The notes under the pieces are model-generated. The model did no database searches and was not told the DNA's origin. It saw only the letters and a program-made list of their open reading frames with translations. Source: Octopus bimaculoides (Eukaryota). Taken from it: 64,000 bases of DNA. The position numbers were made by a program, and so were the translations under genes. Positions 1 to 13,525 of this stretch are shown here, piece after piece. The DNA is taken from positions 1,158,056-1,222,055 of the forward strand of contig NC_068982.1 of assembly GCF_001194135.2 (NCBI RefSeq). The letters are read 5' to 3'. Every line of letters starts with the position of its first letter. Position 1 is the stretch's first letter.

Positions 1-61
1 GTTGCACTGATTCAACTGTCATTTTTCTAACTTATTGTCTGTCTTCACTTGCACATCATCG

Positions 62-985
62 TCAACTTGTTCTTGTTCTTGTTCTTGTTGTTCTTGTTGT
101 TGTTGTTGTTGTTCTTCTTCTTCTTCTTCTTCTTCTTCTTCTTCTTCTTCTTCTTCTTCTTCTTCTTCTTCTCCTCCTCCCCCTCCTTCTCCTCCTCCTT
201 CTTCTTCTTCTTCTTCTTCTCCTCCTTCTCCTCCTCCTCCTCCTCCTCCTCCTTCTTCTTCNNNNNNNNNNNNNNNNNNNNNNNNNNNNNNNNNNNNNNN
301 NNNNNNNNNNNNNNNNNNNNNNNNNNNNNNNNNNNNNNNNNNNNNNNNNNNNNNNNNNNNNNNNNNNNNNNNNNNNNNNNNNNNNNNNNNNNNNNNNNNN
401 NNNNNNNNNNNNNNNNNNNNNNNNNNNNNNNNNNNNNNNNNNNNNNNNNNNNNNNNNNNNNNNNNNNNNNNNNNNNNNNNNNNNNNNNNNNNNNNNNNNN
501 NNNNNNNNNNNNNNNNNNNNNNNNNNNNNNNNNNNNNNNNNNNNNNNNNNNNNNNNNNNNNNNNNNNNNNNNNNNNNNNNNNNNNNNNNNNNNNNNNNNN
601 NNNNNNNNNNNNNNNNNNNNNNNNNNNNNNNNNNNNNNNNNNNNNNNNNNNNNNNNNNNNNNNNNNNNNNNNNNNNNNNNNNNNNNNNNNNNNNNNNNNN
701 NNNNNNNNNNNNNNNNNNNNNNNNNNNNNNNNNNNNNNNNNNNNNNNNNNNNNNNNNNNNNNNNNNNNNNNNNNNNNNNNNNNNNNNNNNNNNNNNNNNN
801 NNNNNNNNNNNNNNNNNNNNNNNNNNNNNNNNNNNNNNNNNNNNNNNNNNNNNNNNNNNNNNNNNNNNNNNNNNNNNNNNNNNNNNNNNNNNNNNNNNNN
901 NNNNNNNNNNNNNNNNNCTTCTTCTTCTTCTTCTTCTTCTTCTTCTTCTTCTTCTTCTTCGTCTTCTTCTTCTTCTTCTTCTTCT

Positions 986-1073
<88 letters not shown>
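62..1073. repeat. Compound trinucleotide microsatellite (TTG/TTC/TCC ... CTT/CTG/CTA) spanning an N-gap
   Basis: Directly visible; gap at 262-917. Confidence 0.97.
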
Positions 1074-1430
1074 ACTTTTTTTTCTTCGTTTCTTGTGATA
1101 TTTTCTTCTAATAAGCCTTGTCAATTTTTCTCTCTTCTTTATCCTCATCTCTTCAATTTTTACACACAGTCCCTCTTCCCACTCTCTTCATTTTGTTACT
1201 TCACGGTAGCCCGGTTTTCAAAGTATTAATTTGAACTTTTCTAACTTAGAAATTTCACGACAATGCATAAACTGAACAAGAGTTCTACTTGGCTTGATGC
1301 TCGTCTGATGAAGTGACACTTCAATAGAATCAACGGCAGATAATGTGTAACGTTTCACACAGAAACATTTACGTGGCGTGGGTTTAGAAACGGAGTGATA
1401 CCGAAACGATTGAAATTAATAATAAATTCC

Positions 1431-1819
1431 TTTTACTTTTTACTTGTTGCAATCTTTGGACCGTGGCCATGCTGGGGCACCGCCTTGAAAATTTTTCAGT
1501 CGAATGAATCGAACCCAGTACTTGTGTTTTTTAAAAGTCTTGTACTAATTCTATCATCCTATTCTGCCGAACCGCTAATGTTACGGGGAAACAAACACAT
1601 CAACGCAGCTTGTCAAGAGGTTTTAGGAGAGAAACATAGACGCAAAGATACACACACGCGCGCGCGCACACATATATAAGACGGGCTTCGTTCAGTTTTC
1701 GTCTGCCAAGTCCACTCACAAGACTTTGGTCGGCTAGTTGCTGATGGTGCCACGCAGTGGGACTGAACCGGGAAGCATGTGGCTGGGAAGCAAGCTACTT
1801 AATCATGCAACTACTCCTG

Positions 1820-1824
<5 letters not shown>
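1431..1824 (-). mobile_element. tRNA-headed bipartite SINE (family BC), near full length, with internal microsatellite
   Basis: Homologous to copies at 5227, 24376, 39206 and 46132. Order on the minus strand: head, B domain (..gacgggctt..cagttt..gtct.ccaa), CA/CG/TA spacer at about 1631-1679, then C domain (..ggccatgctggggcaccgcc..). Confidence 0.85.
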
Positions 1825-1881
<57 letters not shown>

Positions 1882-2340
1882 CATTTATATCTATGCATAT
1901 ATATGTGTGTGTATATACACACACACACATTATATATATATATATATANNNNNNNNNNNNNNNNNNNNNNNNNNNNNNNNNNNNNNNNNNNNNNNNNNNN
2001 NNNNNNNNNNNNNNNNNNNNNNNNNNNNNNNNNNNNNNNNNNNNNNNNNNNNNNNNNNNNNNNNNNNNNNNNNNNNNNNNNNNNNNNNNNNNNNNNNNNN
2101 NNNNNNNNNNNNNNNNNNNNNNNNNNNNNNNNNNNNNNNNNNNNNNNNNNNNNNNNNNNNNNNNNNNNNNNNNNNNNNNNNNNNNNNNNNNNNNNNNNNN
2201 NNNNNNNNNNNNNNNNNNNNNNNNNNNNNNNNNNNNNNNNNNNNNNNNNNNNNNNNNNNNNNNNNNNNNNNNNNNNNNNNNNNNNNNNNNNNNNNNNNNN
2301 NNNNNNNNNNNNNNNNNNNNNNNNNNNNNNNNNNNNNNNN

Positions 2341-2390
<50 letters not shown>

Positions 2391-2399
2391 GGTCACTTT

Positions 2400-2790
2400 A
2401 AATAAAACCCTTGATTCAATAATACTGTGTACAAACTCTATACTTGGAATGACCAATTTTAAAGACTATTGGATTTTACTCATAAGGTATTGGAATCTTA
2501 TATGTATACCATTCTGCCTAAATAATGGATCTACAAATACAATATCCCTGCATATTTCACATCTATTTTCGTTCCTTTAATTCACTCTCTATTTCTTATC
2601 TAAACTAATTATTGCTCAACCATCTTCTCACTCCATCNNNNNNNNNNATCTAAACTAATTATTACTCAACCATCTTCTCACTCCATCTCCGATGAAGGGA
2701 TATAATAAATATCCTGGAAACAGCTGTAAGACATTTTATTTATAAATGTTCTAAAATCTACACAGCCTTGGCTTTTTTTTATCTCATTAC
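2400..2790 (+). mobile_element. Degenerate Penelope-like element 3' end
   Basis: A decayed VLESYMY-like endonuclease C-terminal motif near 2487-2507 is followed by a hammerhead-like motif, the layout known for PLE 3' repeats. Confidence 0.5.
2685..2732 (+). ncRNA. Minimal type I hammerhead-like motif with core substitution
   Basis: ATCT-CCGATGA-AGGGATAT-AATAA-ATATCCT-G-GAAAC-AGCT-GTA-AGAC. It has stem II, palindromic stem III (ACAGCTGT), a GUA triplet and a 3-bp stem I (TCT/AGA). The core reads CCGAUGA instead of CUGAUGA. Confidence 0.6.
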
Positions 2791-3059
2791 AAAAAGTAAA
2801 TCTTTATCGATGAGTTCATGAACCTTGGTTCTTTTCCCTAAAACTATATATATATGTGTGTTTATGTATGCATATGTGTATAGGATAATAAAACGAATGG
2901 TAAAGCACGGTGACTTTCATAGTTGTGTCTATTTATCACCCGATGAGATACATCCGTTGTTGTGTGTCCCACCGGTGAGGGATCGATGCTCGATGTCTCG
3001 AAGCAAATGTTGTGATTAATAATAGATTCTCGTATATTCCATCTTCCGTCTTTCATTTG

Positions 3060-3102
<43 letters not shown>

Positions 3103-4196
3103 CGTGTGTATACATATATATATACACACACACACATATGTATGTATGTAAATTAAAGTGCCAAACAAGTTTGTGACATATAAATAAATTTACTTGTGTA
3201 TGTGCAATAAATATAGATTACGCCTCCCGCAGAAAAGAATGTTATTCTTCAAATAAAGATCCTATTATTGCAGACCGAACAAACTCGACTAATTTCGACG
3301 ATAATCAGGAAAAAATACTTTATGCAAACTATAGAGGGAGAAAATCGTTTACCACATTGGAATCCAGCATTGATTTTGCTTATTTGTATATCCATACACT
3401 TTCTTTAGCCTAGATGACCTAAACATTCCTGATAATGATAGCAAAGCAAACCAAGCATTTCTTTATGATGGTGAAAATGTTTTATCACGGATCTATTTGT
3501 TTACACAGCACTGCTAAATGCACGAATTAAGGTTGCTCTTATAATTTGGCTTGTAACGCAATAAACAATCTGCTTCAGTACATTATTTACTATGCATTAC
3601 CGATAAATTTTTCTAATTTCTCATTTGATTTATTTCATATACTCAGTGCAGAGTAAACCTTAGTGTCTCCTTCTATTGTACTGAACATCAGTCCATGTTA
3701 CCCGTTATATTAGAAACTTGTACACACGAATGGATGGCTAAGAACACTCTACTACATTTACACTATTGGCAGAGACACGCAGCATGAAATTGATTGTTTA
3801 AAGAAACGAGTGAGAAGAATATTAGTTTCATTCCAATACATTACGGTTTCGAGGCATTGCAAGCAGGGTTACTCGGATGTCGGTCTTCCAGATGGAAAAT
3901 CCATAGTTCATATATTGTTATTGGCATTAAGCTGGGTCCTGCACTCATAGTTAAAACAACACCTGCTCCACCTTATTGACACTCTGAAGATGATATTATA
4001 CAAAGAAAACCCTAGGAATGAGTCGTTGCATCCGTGAAAAATTAAATATGTATTAATATCATCGATAGATTATTGGCAAACTGCTGGTATGTATTATGTT
4101 GGTGATCGACTGAAGAAAAATAAAGTTGGTACTTGCAGGATATCAAATCAGTGACGGCAATCTCCCCTCCGCATGCAACAATCTTGTGCAAGCAAT

Positions 4197-4231
4197 CATC
4201 TTCTTCTTCTTCTTTCGCCCTCCTAACCCCG

Positions 4232-4300
<69 letters not shown>

Positions 4301-4301
4301 C
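4197..4301. repeat. (TTC)n and (TAC)n microsatellites
   Basis: Directly visible. Confidence 0.95.
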
Positions 4302-4793
4302 CAACAACACTGCAAGGAAATTAAAAATAAAAACGGAAATAAAAACAGCAGCAATGAGAACAAGAAAAAAAAACAAGTTAAATTGCCCTTTCAATCCATC
4401 TGCATATTACACCTACGCCACCACCATCACCAATAACTTCAACACAATAAATAAACAACCGCGAGTCTACGGAATACAAATCTAGCGTTGGTTGGCTCGT
4501 CGACGCCGTGCACCCGATAAAGGAAATCCAATCATCAATTCTAGAGTTAAAAGCGACAAAAAAAAAAAAAAAATTCAATAGGTCAGGACGAAACATAGTT
4601 TTACACTTAGTAGAATTTGTCTGGTAAGGAACCAGCCTCAAAACTGATGTCTACAAAACCAGAGGAATAAGATAAAAAGGAATCATTATACGACCATAAA
4701 CACAATCAGTGAAAACCTAATGGGTCATATCCACCAAAATACAAGAATTGCACACAATAAGTACACCACATTGACGAATTGCATTCTAATTAG

Positions 4794-5011
4794 AAGACGG
4801 CGAGCTGGCCGAATCGTTAGCACGCCGGGAGAGATGCTTAGCGGTAGTTCGTCTGTCTTTACGTTGTGAGTTCAAATTCCGCCGAGGTCGACTTTGCCTT
4901 TCATCCATTTGGGGTCGATAAATTAAGTACCAGTTACGTACTGCGGTCGATCTAATCGACTGGCCTCCTCCCCCAAAGATTTCGGGCTTTGTGCTTACAG
5001 TAGAAAAGAAT
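4794..5011 (+). mobile_element. tRNA-headed SINE family A, young-type tail, with TSD
   Basis: Runs from aagacggcgagctggccgaatcgttagc through gaggtcgactttgcctttcatcc to agtagaaaagaat. GAATTGCATTC is repeated at 4776-4786 and 5008-5018. Confidence 0.9.
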
Positions 5012-5226
5012 TGCATTCCACAATACAAAAGGCAAAAAAAAAAAGTCATTCAAATATCGTAACGCATAAATAGTAAAAAGTGAATACCCCAAAGGAGGAG
5101 AAGACTTCTGGAGGGCTTTAGTAGAGGAATGTATAAAAACTATGTTCGTGGAAACACCCACGCGGAACATCTGCCCTACCACAGAAATAAGCTAGTTCAT
5201 TCCAACATTAAAGTCAAAATTTACGA

Positions 5227-5567
5227 TACAGATGTAGGTGTGTGGTAAGTAGTTTGCTTTCCGACCACTTAGTTCCGGGTTCAGTCCCACTCTGTGGCAC
5301 CTTGGGCAAGTGTCTCTACTATGGCTTTGGGCCAACCAAAGCCTTGGGAGTGGATTTGGTAGACGGAAACTGAAAGAATCCCGTTGTGTGTGTGTGTGAG
5401 AGAGAGAGATAGATAGATAGAGAAAGAAAGAGAGAGAGTATTTATGTCTGTATTCCTACCTTACCACTGCTTGACAGCAAGTTTTGGTGTGTTTATGTCC
5501 GAGTAACATAGCGGTTCGGCGAAAGAGCCCGATGCAAAATTCTTCAAGGTGGTGCCCCATCATTGGC
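5227..5567 (+). mobile_element. Bipartite SINE family BC with internal GT/GA/GATA microsatellite
   Basis: Head gtgtggtaagtagtttgc..gggttcagtccc, B domain to 5384, spacer 5385-5445, then a partly deleted C domain. Confidence 0.85.
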
Positions 5568-5880
5568 TATTTTCAGTATATTTTGGATTACAGATAAAAT
5601 GTGACCTCATTTTTTCTTATAGTACAGAATTTGTTTCCACTATCGTTGGCTTCCAAACCGATTTGCTTCCTCATCAACTCACATGGGATATAAACTAGGG
5701 ACCTTTCGTATTGTCTTTACTTTGATTTATTTTGGCGCTCTATTTTGTTTTCCTTTTTTTATGACTTTTTCTGTTAGATTTTCAAACTTTGTGCATTGCC
5801 TTCTAGCTCCTACTTCATTGATTTCTTGCTTACATATAAAAAAAATAAGAATTATTAAGATTTACTAAGTTTACTTCGTA

Positions 5881-6100
5881 ATAATTCTTTTTACTAGAAG
5901 ACCTGAAATGGTGGTGGTGGTGGTGGTGGGGGGGCGATAATCGATTCCACCGACCTCAGTACTTGACTGGTATTTATTTGATCGACACCGAAAGGATGGA
6001 AAGTAAAGTTGACCCCGGCAGAATTTGAAATCAGAAGTAAGACCGGAAGAAATACCGATAACCCTTTAGTCCGGCATGCTAACGACTCTACCAGCTCACC
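5881..6100 (-). mobile_element. SINE family A with (GGT)n expansion in its G/C tract
   Basis: Reverse-complement homology to the copy at 4794-5011. Confidence 0.85.
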
Positions 6101-6339
6101 ACGTTGCGTCACTTTGTAATAAAACTCAACTTTTATCAAAACTCCTTCGCCCTAACTGTAGGGCACATATAATTAATCTGAATCGTACAAGGTGGACTTT
6201 TCTAGTTTACCTATGAAATGCATTTTAATTAGGCTGCAATTAAATGTGATGCTGGGGTAGTTTCGGATGGCATAGCTACTTCATTTATTAAGTATGGAAT
6301 CATGGTATTGAGTTCAGTTTTCTCCAAAGCCTGGAGCGT

Positions 6340-6850
6340 GTTTTTCTTAAAATAATAATTGGAGAACTTAGTGAGATGAAACATATTAAGAAGCTATACA
6401 GACCATACCGGAGCTCACAACGTTACAAGCAACAGAAATCCACCACAAGACATTTTGAAATCAGGGCCAGAATTCAAGCAGTAAACTCTCTGCACACAAC
6501 ACTTACCCTGGTATAAAAACCACCTAATAATACAACTCATGCAGCACATATACTCTACATAATTTAGACCCGGCACTGAAATAATCTTGCAATCACTCAG
6601 TATTTACAAAACACAAACACCACCTAACAAATTACACAAAAAATACCGCAAATTACATTGAAGATAATTCAATTACCAGATGATACTAAACATAATATCT
6701 AAAACCGAAAAACAGATCTCACAGTGATGCAAAACTGATGCCGGATATGATTTTACATTTCCAGAAGTCAATGCTAGGCACAACACAGTGACACGGAGAT
6801 GTGCTTGGTGGTGCTGCAAAAGCTTTCGCAAATCTAGATAAGGCGTGATG
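6340..6850 (+). mobile_element. Highly decayed RLE-type LINE 3' fragment (tentative)
   Basis: Ends in a QKSMLGT-like motif resembling the LQK..LLGT end of the R4/Dong-like copies elsewhere in the window. Confidence 0.3.
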
Positions 6851-7120
6851 GTGACGAGGATGTCAACGACAATAGTTCTTCTAATTTTCGCATCAACCTT
6901 ATTAATTATTATATATANNNNNNNNNNNNNNNNNNNNNNNNNNNNNNNNNNNNNNNNNNNNNNNNNNNNNNNNNNNNNNNNNNNNNNNNNNNNNNNNNNN
7001 NNNNNNNNNNNNNNNNNNNNNNNNNNNNNNNNNNNNNNAGAGAAATGAGTAGAGAAAGAGGGAGAGACAGAGAATAAGAGACGTGTGTGTGTGTTTGGTA
7101 CACGTCTAGCTAGCTAACTA

Positions 7121-7170
<50 letters not shown>

Positions 7171-7858
7171 CTGGCCAAAGCCTTATGAATGGTCTTGGTA
7201 GACCAAAACCGACAAAAGCCAGACGTATATATGTGCGTGTATGTATGTATGAATGTGTGTACGTATGCCTGTGTGTGTATATGTTTGTATGTATGTATAA
7301 GTATATACCCCCCACCTTTCATCACCGTTGCTTCTTTTGCCTTTTCTCTTGAAGTTGTTCTTATTTTCATTGTTTGGGATTTCTTTCGTTTTTCTTCCAT
7401 CTCCCTCGGGAATTCGTTGAAAAGCTTTTTTCATTTACTTTTTTCGTTTCTTTTAAATTTATTTACGCCATACCCTCGTATTTTTTTCATTGTCTGGCTT
7501 GAAATTTTCAGTTAACACCTTAGCCAAAGTAAATAGATGGCTCATCTATGTAGTTTGATCCTAACATGGGCCCCCTCAACTGCGGAGGCCCCTTGCGACC
7601 GCAGGGGTTGTTGGGGCTTAGCGACGGCCCTGCGACAACTTATTGAGAAGAGCATTGTCGCTGTAAGAACGATTACCACCCGTCTATTTTTCTCGCATAA
7701 TTTCATTTTATGTTGAAAATGGGCAACCTAGCGTGTTTAGTTTAATGGCCTATTAATGTGTACAGTGAGTTCCTTTGCCCTTGGTGTCGGGAAGACACAC
7801 TGGAAAAGGTGGATACACAATTCAAAGAAGAAAAACTAATAAGAACAGCAATATCAAC

Positions 7859-8065
7859 AATTGTTTAAAATTCTGACAAAAGGCGCAGCAAATTTTAGAG
7901 AGAAGGATAGTCGACTACATCAGCTCTAGTACTTAACTAATGTTGTATTTTCTCGACCCTGCATGGAGGAAAAGCAATGGCGACTTCGGTGGGTTTTAAG
8001 CTTAAAATGTAGAGTCAGAAGAAATGCTATTTAATCTTTTGTTTAGCGCGTTGACGATTCTGTCA
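7859..8065 (-). mobile_element. Diverged SINE family A (old-type tail)
   Basis: Reverse-complement homology to the family A body and to the ..gccttgtgccaaaatttgaaac tail. Confidence 0.65.
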
Positions 8066-8089
8066 TTAATAATAATGACAATAGCACTT

Positions 8090-8286
8090 TGTAATAGGGT
8101 ACAAGGCCTGAAATTTTGGGACAGGTGGGTAATCGATTACTTCGATCCCAGTGAAGTGCTCACTAGTGCCTATTTTTTTGACCCCGATAGGATAAATGGT
8201 AAAGTCAACCTCAGTAACATTTGAACTCAGAATATAAAAACGAAGTGATGCTAAGCCGTTTGTCTGACACACCAGCAATTCTGCCA
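8090..8286 (-). mobile_element. Diverged SINE family A
   Basis: Reverse-complement homology to family A; followed by (GAT)n at about 8293-8353. Confidence 0.75.
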
Positions 8287-8292
8287 ATAATA

Positions 8293-8358
<66 letters not shown>

Positions 8359-8894
8359 AGCTAATTCACATCAGAAAATTATTTTGATAGAGAATGTTTC
8401 ATTTATATATGCATATATATATATATATTATTTTTGCTTGTTTCCTCTGAATTCTACGATTAGATCTGTTGATTTGTGAGGAAATATAACTTTGGTGGAA
8501 GTATTTTCAGAATGTAGGGAAAGGAATCTTTCTTATATCAGATGTCATATATTTTGACGTATTTCATAGCTTGTGTAGTGTTTTTCGCTGACATCGTAGG
8601 AAGCTAGAGCAGTAATTTCTGTTGAATATCCGGTTTTAATTCAAATCCCGCCAAGATAACATAAATGGGTATAATTCTTGTGCACCTCAATAATTAATTT
8701 TACGTTATGTGTTAGACTATATTTGCGCTGCATAAAATTTCATCTGGTACTTAACAGGTAGCATCCTCAATTGTGTTATATCGGAATCACTGTTGTTGAT
8801 GAGGAAGGACATGGATAAAGAGAGTAACAGATTTTGGTAGATTTAAATGAAAAAGTCTGACTAATGATCAAGACTCGTTCTCCCTGCTAGTCTC

Positions 8895-9570
8895 CTCGAC
8901 TTCATACATGAACAATATCAACCCCATTGTCTCAGACACCTTCGAACTCGAATGCCTTGGGTAGAATGCCCCAAGTTCGTACATGAGGAATATAAGAAAT
9001 GGAGGCACGACTAGGCTGTAAAAGTTTTACACCGAAAACTGTGCCAGAAATAGGGGACAATCATCGAATCGAAAGAGTACTGGAATCAGAGAAATGTAAG
9101 CTTTTGTGGGACTTTCCTATTCAAACGGACAAGAAGTTAGAAAATAATAGACCAGACATAACGGTTATAGGAAAAGCGAAGTTGCTTACTTATCGAACCA
9201 TCATGCTCGTTTGATTCCAGGATCGTAAAGGAAGCAAAAATTACCATCTCTTAAAGTTTAAGATAAGACGAATTTGGAACATGCAAACAGTAAAAGTTGT
9301 GCCTATAATAATTGGTGCGCTGAGAACAGTAAGCCAAGATATAGACAAATGGTTGAAGGAGATTGAAGTAGAATGCCTGGTAGAGCTCTTACAAAAAGTT
9401 TGTCTCTTAGGGACATCAAGGATTATCAGGCGGGTTCTAAACACTTGAAAGACTGCTGAAAACTTGTAAATACAAAAGGTTACAGGTAGTAACCCGCTAT
9501 CCACGTAATTCCTACCAGGAACCTGAGCCAAACCAAAAATAATAATGATAATGATTATAATAATAATAAA
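8895..9570 (+). mobile_element. R4/Dong-like non-LTR retrotransposon 3' fragment (restriction-like endonuclease domain) ending in (TAA)n-like tail
   Basis: Translates KLLWDFPIQTDKKLENNRPDI.., VVPIIIGALRTV.. and ELLQKVCLLGTSRIIRRVL, with frameshifts. TAA-rich tail at 9539-9570. Confidence 0.85.
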
Positions 9571-11277
9571 TGTGCATTTTCTCTTATTTGTTACTTCAAC
9601 AATTTTACAATGGTTAGTTTTCTTTTACGTAAAGATAGTATTATAGTTATTGCAAATGTTTTTGTTTCTTTGTGGATCATTGGTTTGTAGCACCCAGATG
9701 AAGCAGTTGAATTTTCGGTCTCAGATACCTTTAATAAATGTGACAATTGTTGTTGTCGATTTTGTTTTTGGCGGGTGAAAAGATGCGTCTTCAATGAATT
9801 ATTGAACATTGCTTGTTATGTTATTTCTGTTCATTTGTTACTTCATTCTCCATTTACTGCTTTTGAAAATCCATCAGAGAAAATCCATCAGAGATTCTGT
9901 AAATATTCTGATCAATAAACCTGAAAAATTCATTTTCCATTAGGTGCAGGATATGACAAGTCTTTGCTCTCAGTGTTGATGGATTTCATCAAAAGAAACA
10001 CAGAAACGAACTGTCGTCAAAATAATGCGATAAATTAAGTTGAAATATTAAAACAGATTTTGACAAAACTTCTAATTTCATATTATAATTGAATTAATTT
10101 AGAATATACATTTCTATAGTCTAGATAAATATAAGTTTTTAAATTTTCTAGAGAATACAAACGTATATTCTAGTACAGATTAGAATATACGTCTGTTTAC
10201 AAAAAATACCAAAGAATTTAGTACTAATTGTTTAGAGTCTAATTTCAAATACTGTTCGTATTTTACGTGTTTTGCCAGTGCGGTTCGAGGAATCGTAATG
10301 TGTGATGTATTAATGTAATTCTAAAGTTTAGAACTACAAATTGGAGAGGAAAAGGAAAAAAATTATTTTGAATCTAAACGATTCAAATTTTCTTCCATAA
10401 TTTGTTGTCAGGGTTCCAATATGATGAATACTAATATACGATGGTAAATATAATCTACACTTTAAAACTGCGAGTTTTAAGCTCTTAAATCTAAAACATA
10501 AGGAAAACAGTGTTTTAATGGTTGCCGCCTTCCCTTATTTACTTATCTTCGAATCTTGGACTTTGTTCATCATAAAAACATCAATGTGGCAATAGGTTAT
10601 CAGGTCTTATTTACTTTGTTTAAATTCAATTAAAAGGGAAATGAAGTGGAATAAAGGAATCAAGAGGAAATCGAAGTAAATCGTGTCTAGTTAACCAACA
10701 ACGCTTATTATTTTATTGACAGAATATGACCCTATGAATCTCGTTGACGTCATTGCAGAACCATAAACAAAACAATATTGCTCATTGAAATAAAGTGATC
10801 AGAGATAAATTCGTTGAGAAATATTTATATAATATAAAACGCCAACTTCGGAAAGAGAAAACATAGACTTCATAATAAAGAAGAACAGACTTAAAAAGTT
10901 TTCACGGTCGACATCTTCATCCATTTGGTCAGACAAATTGAATTTTATTCTAATATCCCATTGAATGAATAAAGAAATAGTAAAACATTGAAATATAATA
11001 TGTAAAAGATGCGCCAGTGCAGATATTGATTACTTATAATATATTGATTAATTCTTAGCATACATTCTGCATATATTCTTCATGCATTTAGACATAAATC
11101 CACCCGCTAAACTTGGCAGCATATTTAACAAATGCAATGTTGCTTGGAATCATGCTGTTATACATATACAAATGAAGTTGTATTGATCATTACTTTTCGC
11201 ATCTACTCCTATATGCATTCGCACAGACATACACATGCATACATGCACACACAAACGCACACACACAGATACCTAAT

Positions 11278-11318
<41 letters not shown>

Positions 11319-11917
11319 TGTGTGTATATATGTGAGTATGTCTGTGTATGTATGTGAGAATGAATGTGTCTAGATTCTAATGAATCTTGTAACTAATATA
11401 TNNNNNNNNNNNNNNNNNNNNNNNNNNNNNNNNNNNNNNNNNNNNNNNNNNNNNNNNNNNNNNNNNNNNNNNNNNNNNNNNNNNNNNNNNNNNNNNNNNN
11501 NNNNNNNNNNNNNNNNNNNNNNNNNNNNNNNNNNNNNNNNNNNNNNNNNNNNNNNNNNNNNNNNNNNNNNNNNNNNNNNNNNNNNNNNNNNNNNNNNNNN
11601 NNNNNNNNNNNNNNNNNNNNNNNNNNNNNNNNNNNNNNNNNNNNNNNNNNNNNNNNNNNNNNNNNNNNNNNNNNNNNNNNNNNNNNNNNNNNNNNNNNNN
11701 NNNNNNNNNNNNNNNNNNNNNNNNNNNNNNNNNNNNNNNNNNNNNNNNNNNNNNNNNNNNNNNNNNNNNNNNNNNNNNNNNNNNNNNNNNNNNNNNNNNN
11801 NNNNNNNNNNNNNNNNNNNNNNNNNNNNNNNNNNNNNNNNNNNNNNNNNNNNNNNNNNNNNNNNNNNNNNNNNNNNNNNNNNNNNNNNNNNNNNNNNNNN
11901 NNNNNNNGAGAGAGAGA

Positions 11918-11978
<61 letters not shown>

Positions 11979-12517
11979 CGTGCAATATAGGGAGAGAAGT
12001 AGGCGGGCTATAGTGACCTTCGGGCTATAGTTTTCTTACCTGCTATCATGTAATTAAGTATTTTGGGTTAAAAACTTTCGGAACGTTTCTCGTAAATTTA
12101 TCCTCGTCGTGGATGAGTAAGTCTTTCTGAAGAAAGAACCAAAGTTTATTTAATCATCTTCCCCTCTATTCTTACAATATAACCGACGTCATATGCGATT
12201 ATATAATCAGAAGGCTGCAATATACAAAATGTCTATAGCTATGATTTCGTTGTAAATATTGCGATAAATTCGTCTCCAGCTGAGGTTGTTATGAGATTTT
12301 ATTTTTTAATTGAAAATATTTCACATGTAACGCCTCCATGAAGATAAAATTATTCTTACTTCTAAAATGTATGTTTGCTGGAAAGGAAAGCAAAATATTA
12401 TCCGCACTTTCGCCAGTTGTGTTGTATTCAGCACTCGCTTGCTAAAGGGTAGTTCTGTCGTGGTTACGTAACCGCGGTCTGACCTTGATCAGCCCAGTTT
12501 TCTGTCTTGTGTTACAG

Positions 12518-13525
12518 AAAAATCATGGTAATGGGCACCCAGAGAGAACAGAGTTCAATCATCCAATTTCCCTGATCTGAAGGTGTGTCAGGGGCTGAAA
12601 TATGTAGACAGAGTTCTACAGCGTAGAAGAGTGTCTGGGTGGGTTGGGAAGTTTAAAAATGGCCGGACAAATGTGAAAAGGAAGCAGAACGCCCATCAAC
12701 CTTCAGCAAAGACTTGAAGATTCAACAAGTTCGAGAACTGGTGCTGGTGCTGGTGAACCGACGAGTGACCTTCGATGAATTGGAATGTTCTCTGCAAATC
12801 AATAATTCCAGACAAGCTTCTCTTCCGTAACATCTGTACGAGATATGTGCCAAGAGAGCTTGTCAAAGCGCATAAGAGCAATTGTTTGTAGATCTGTCAA
12901 CGCTTACCCGGCCCTTAGAACGATGAAGGTGGAGCAATTTTGGAGAGAAAATCACAGGAAATGAGATCTGGGTACATTACTTTGAACCAGAATTCAAAAG
13001 GTAGAGTATGGAGTGAAAATGCCCGGAATGGAGAGGGAAAAAGAAATTCAAGACTCAAACTTCTTCAGAAGTGATGCTGACCGTTTTTTGAGATGCAAAG
13101 GGGTCTATACTAGAGCATCGCCTGGAAAAAGCGTCTACAGTCACCGGTGTAGAATACAGGGAAATACTGGCCGATGAACTGGAACCAACAATTGGCACCT
13201 AACACCGAGGACTGTTGTCAAAGGAAGCGTTATTGTTGTGGAACAATGCAAGCCCACGTACGGACACCGACACCGTTGAAACCGTTGAAAAATTGGGTTT
13301 CGATTTGCTGCAACACTCTACATATACTCCAAATCTCGCTCCTTTTTAAACTATCACCTCTTTGGAGCATTCAAACATCCTTTACGAGGTAATCAATTTG
13401 CTACGGACAAAGAAGCGCAGGAAGTGATGCATAAATGGCTGCGTGACCGAATGAATGAACGACGGAATGAATAAACTTGTGAAAGAAGTGCATCTTAAAG
13501 CAAGGAGACTATGTCGAAAATGATG
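12518..13525 (+). mobile_element. Decayed mariner (DD34D-type) transposase
   Basis: Frameshifted motifs: EQSSIIQF (HTH start), YVPREL (WVPxxL), ITGNEIWVHYFEPE, VMLTVF*DAKG, NNASP and TPNLAP..YHLFG. Element ends were not resolved. Confidence 0.85.

Noticed and set aside
1300-1330. CTGATGA followed by the hairpin GAAGTG-A-CACTTC
   Set aside because: No GAAA box after the stem and no stem I or III, so not a hammerhead as it stands.
2598-2688. About 40-bp direct repeat flanking the 10-N gap
   Set aside because: Most likely an overlap or haplotype artefact (one mismatch). A true tandem PLE repeat cannot be excluded without reads.
7566-7632. GC-rich island gggccccc..gcgacggccctg
   Set aside because: Looks like a lone end of a common MITE type; too short to classify and no partner end.
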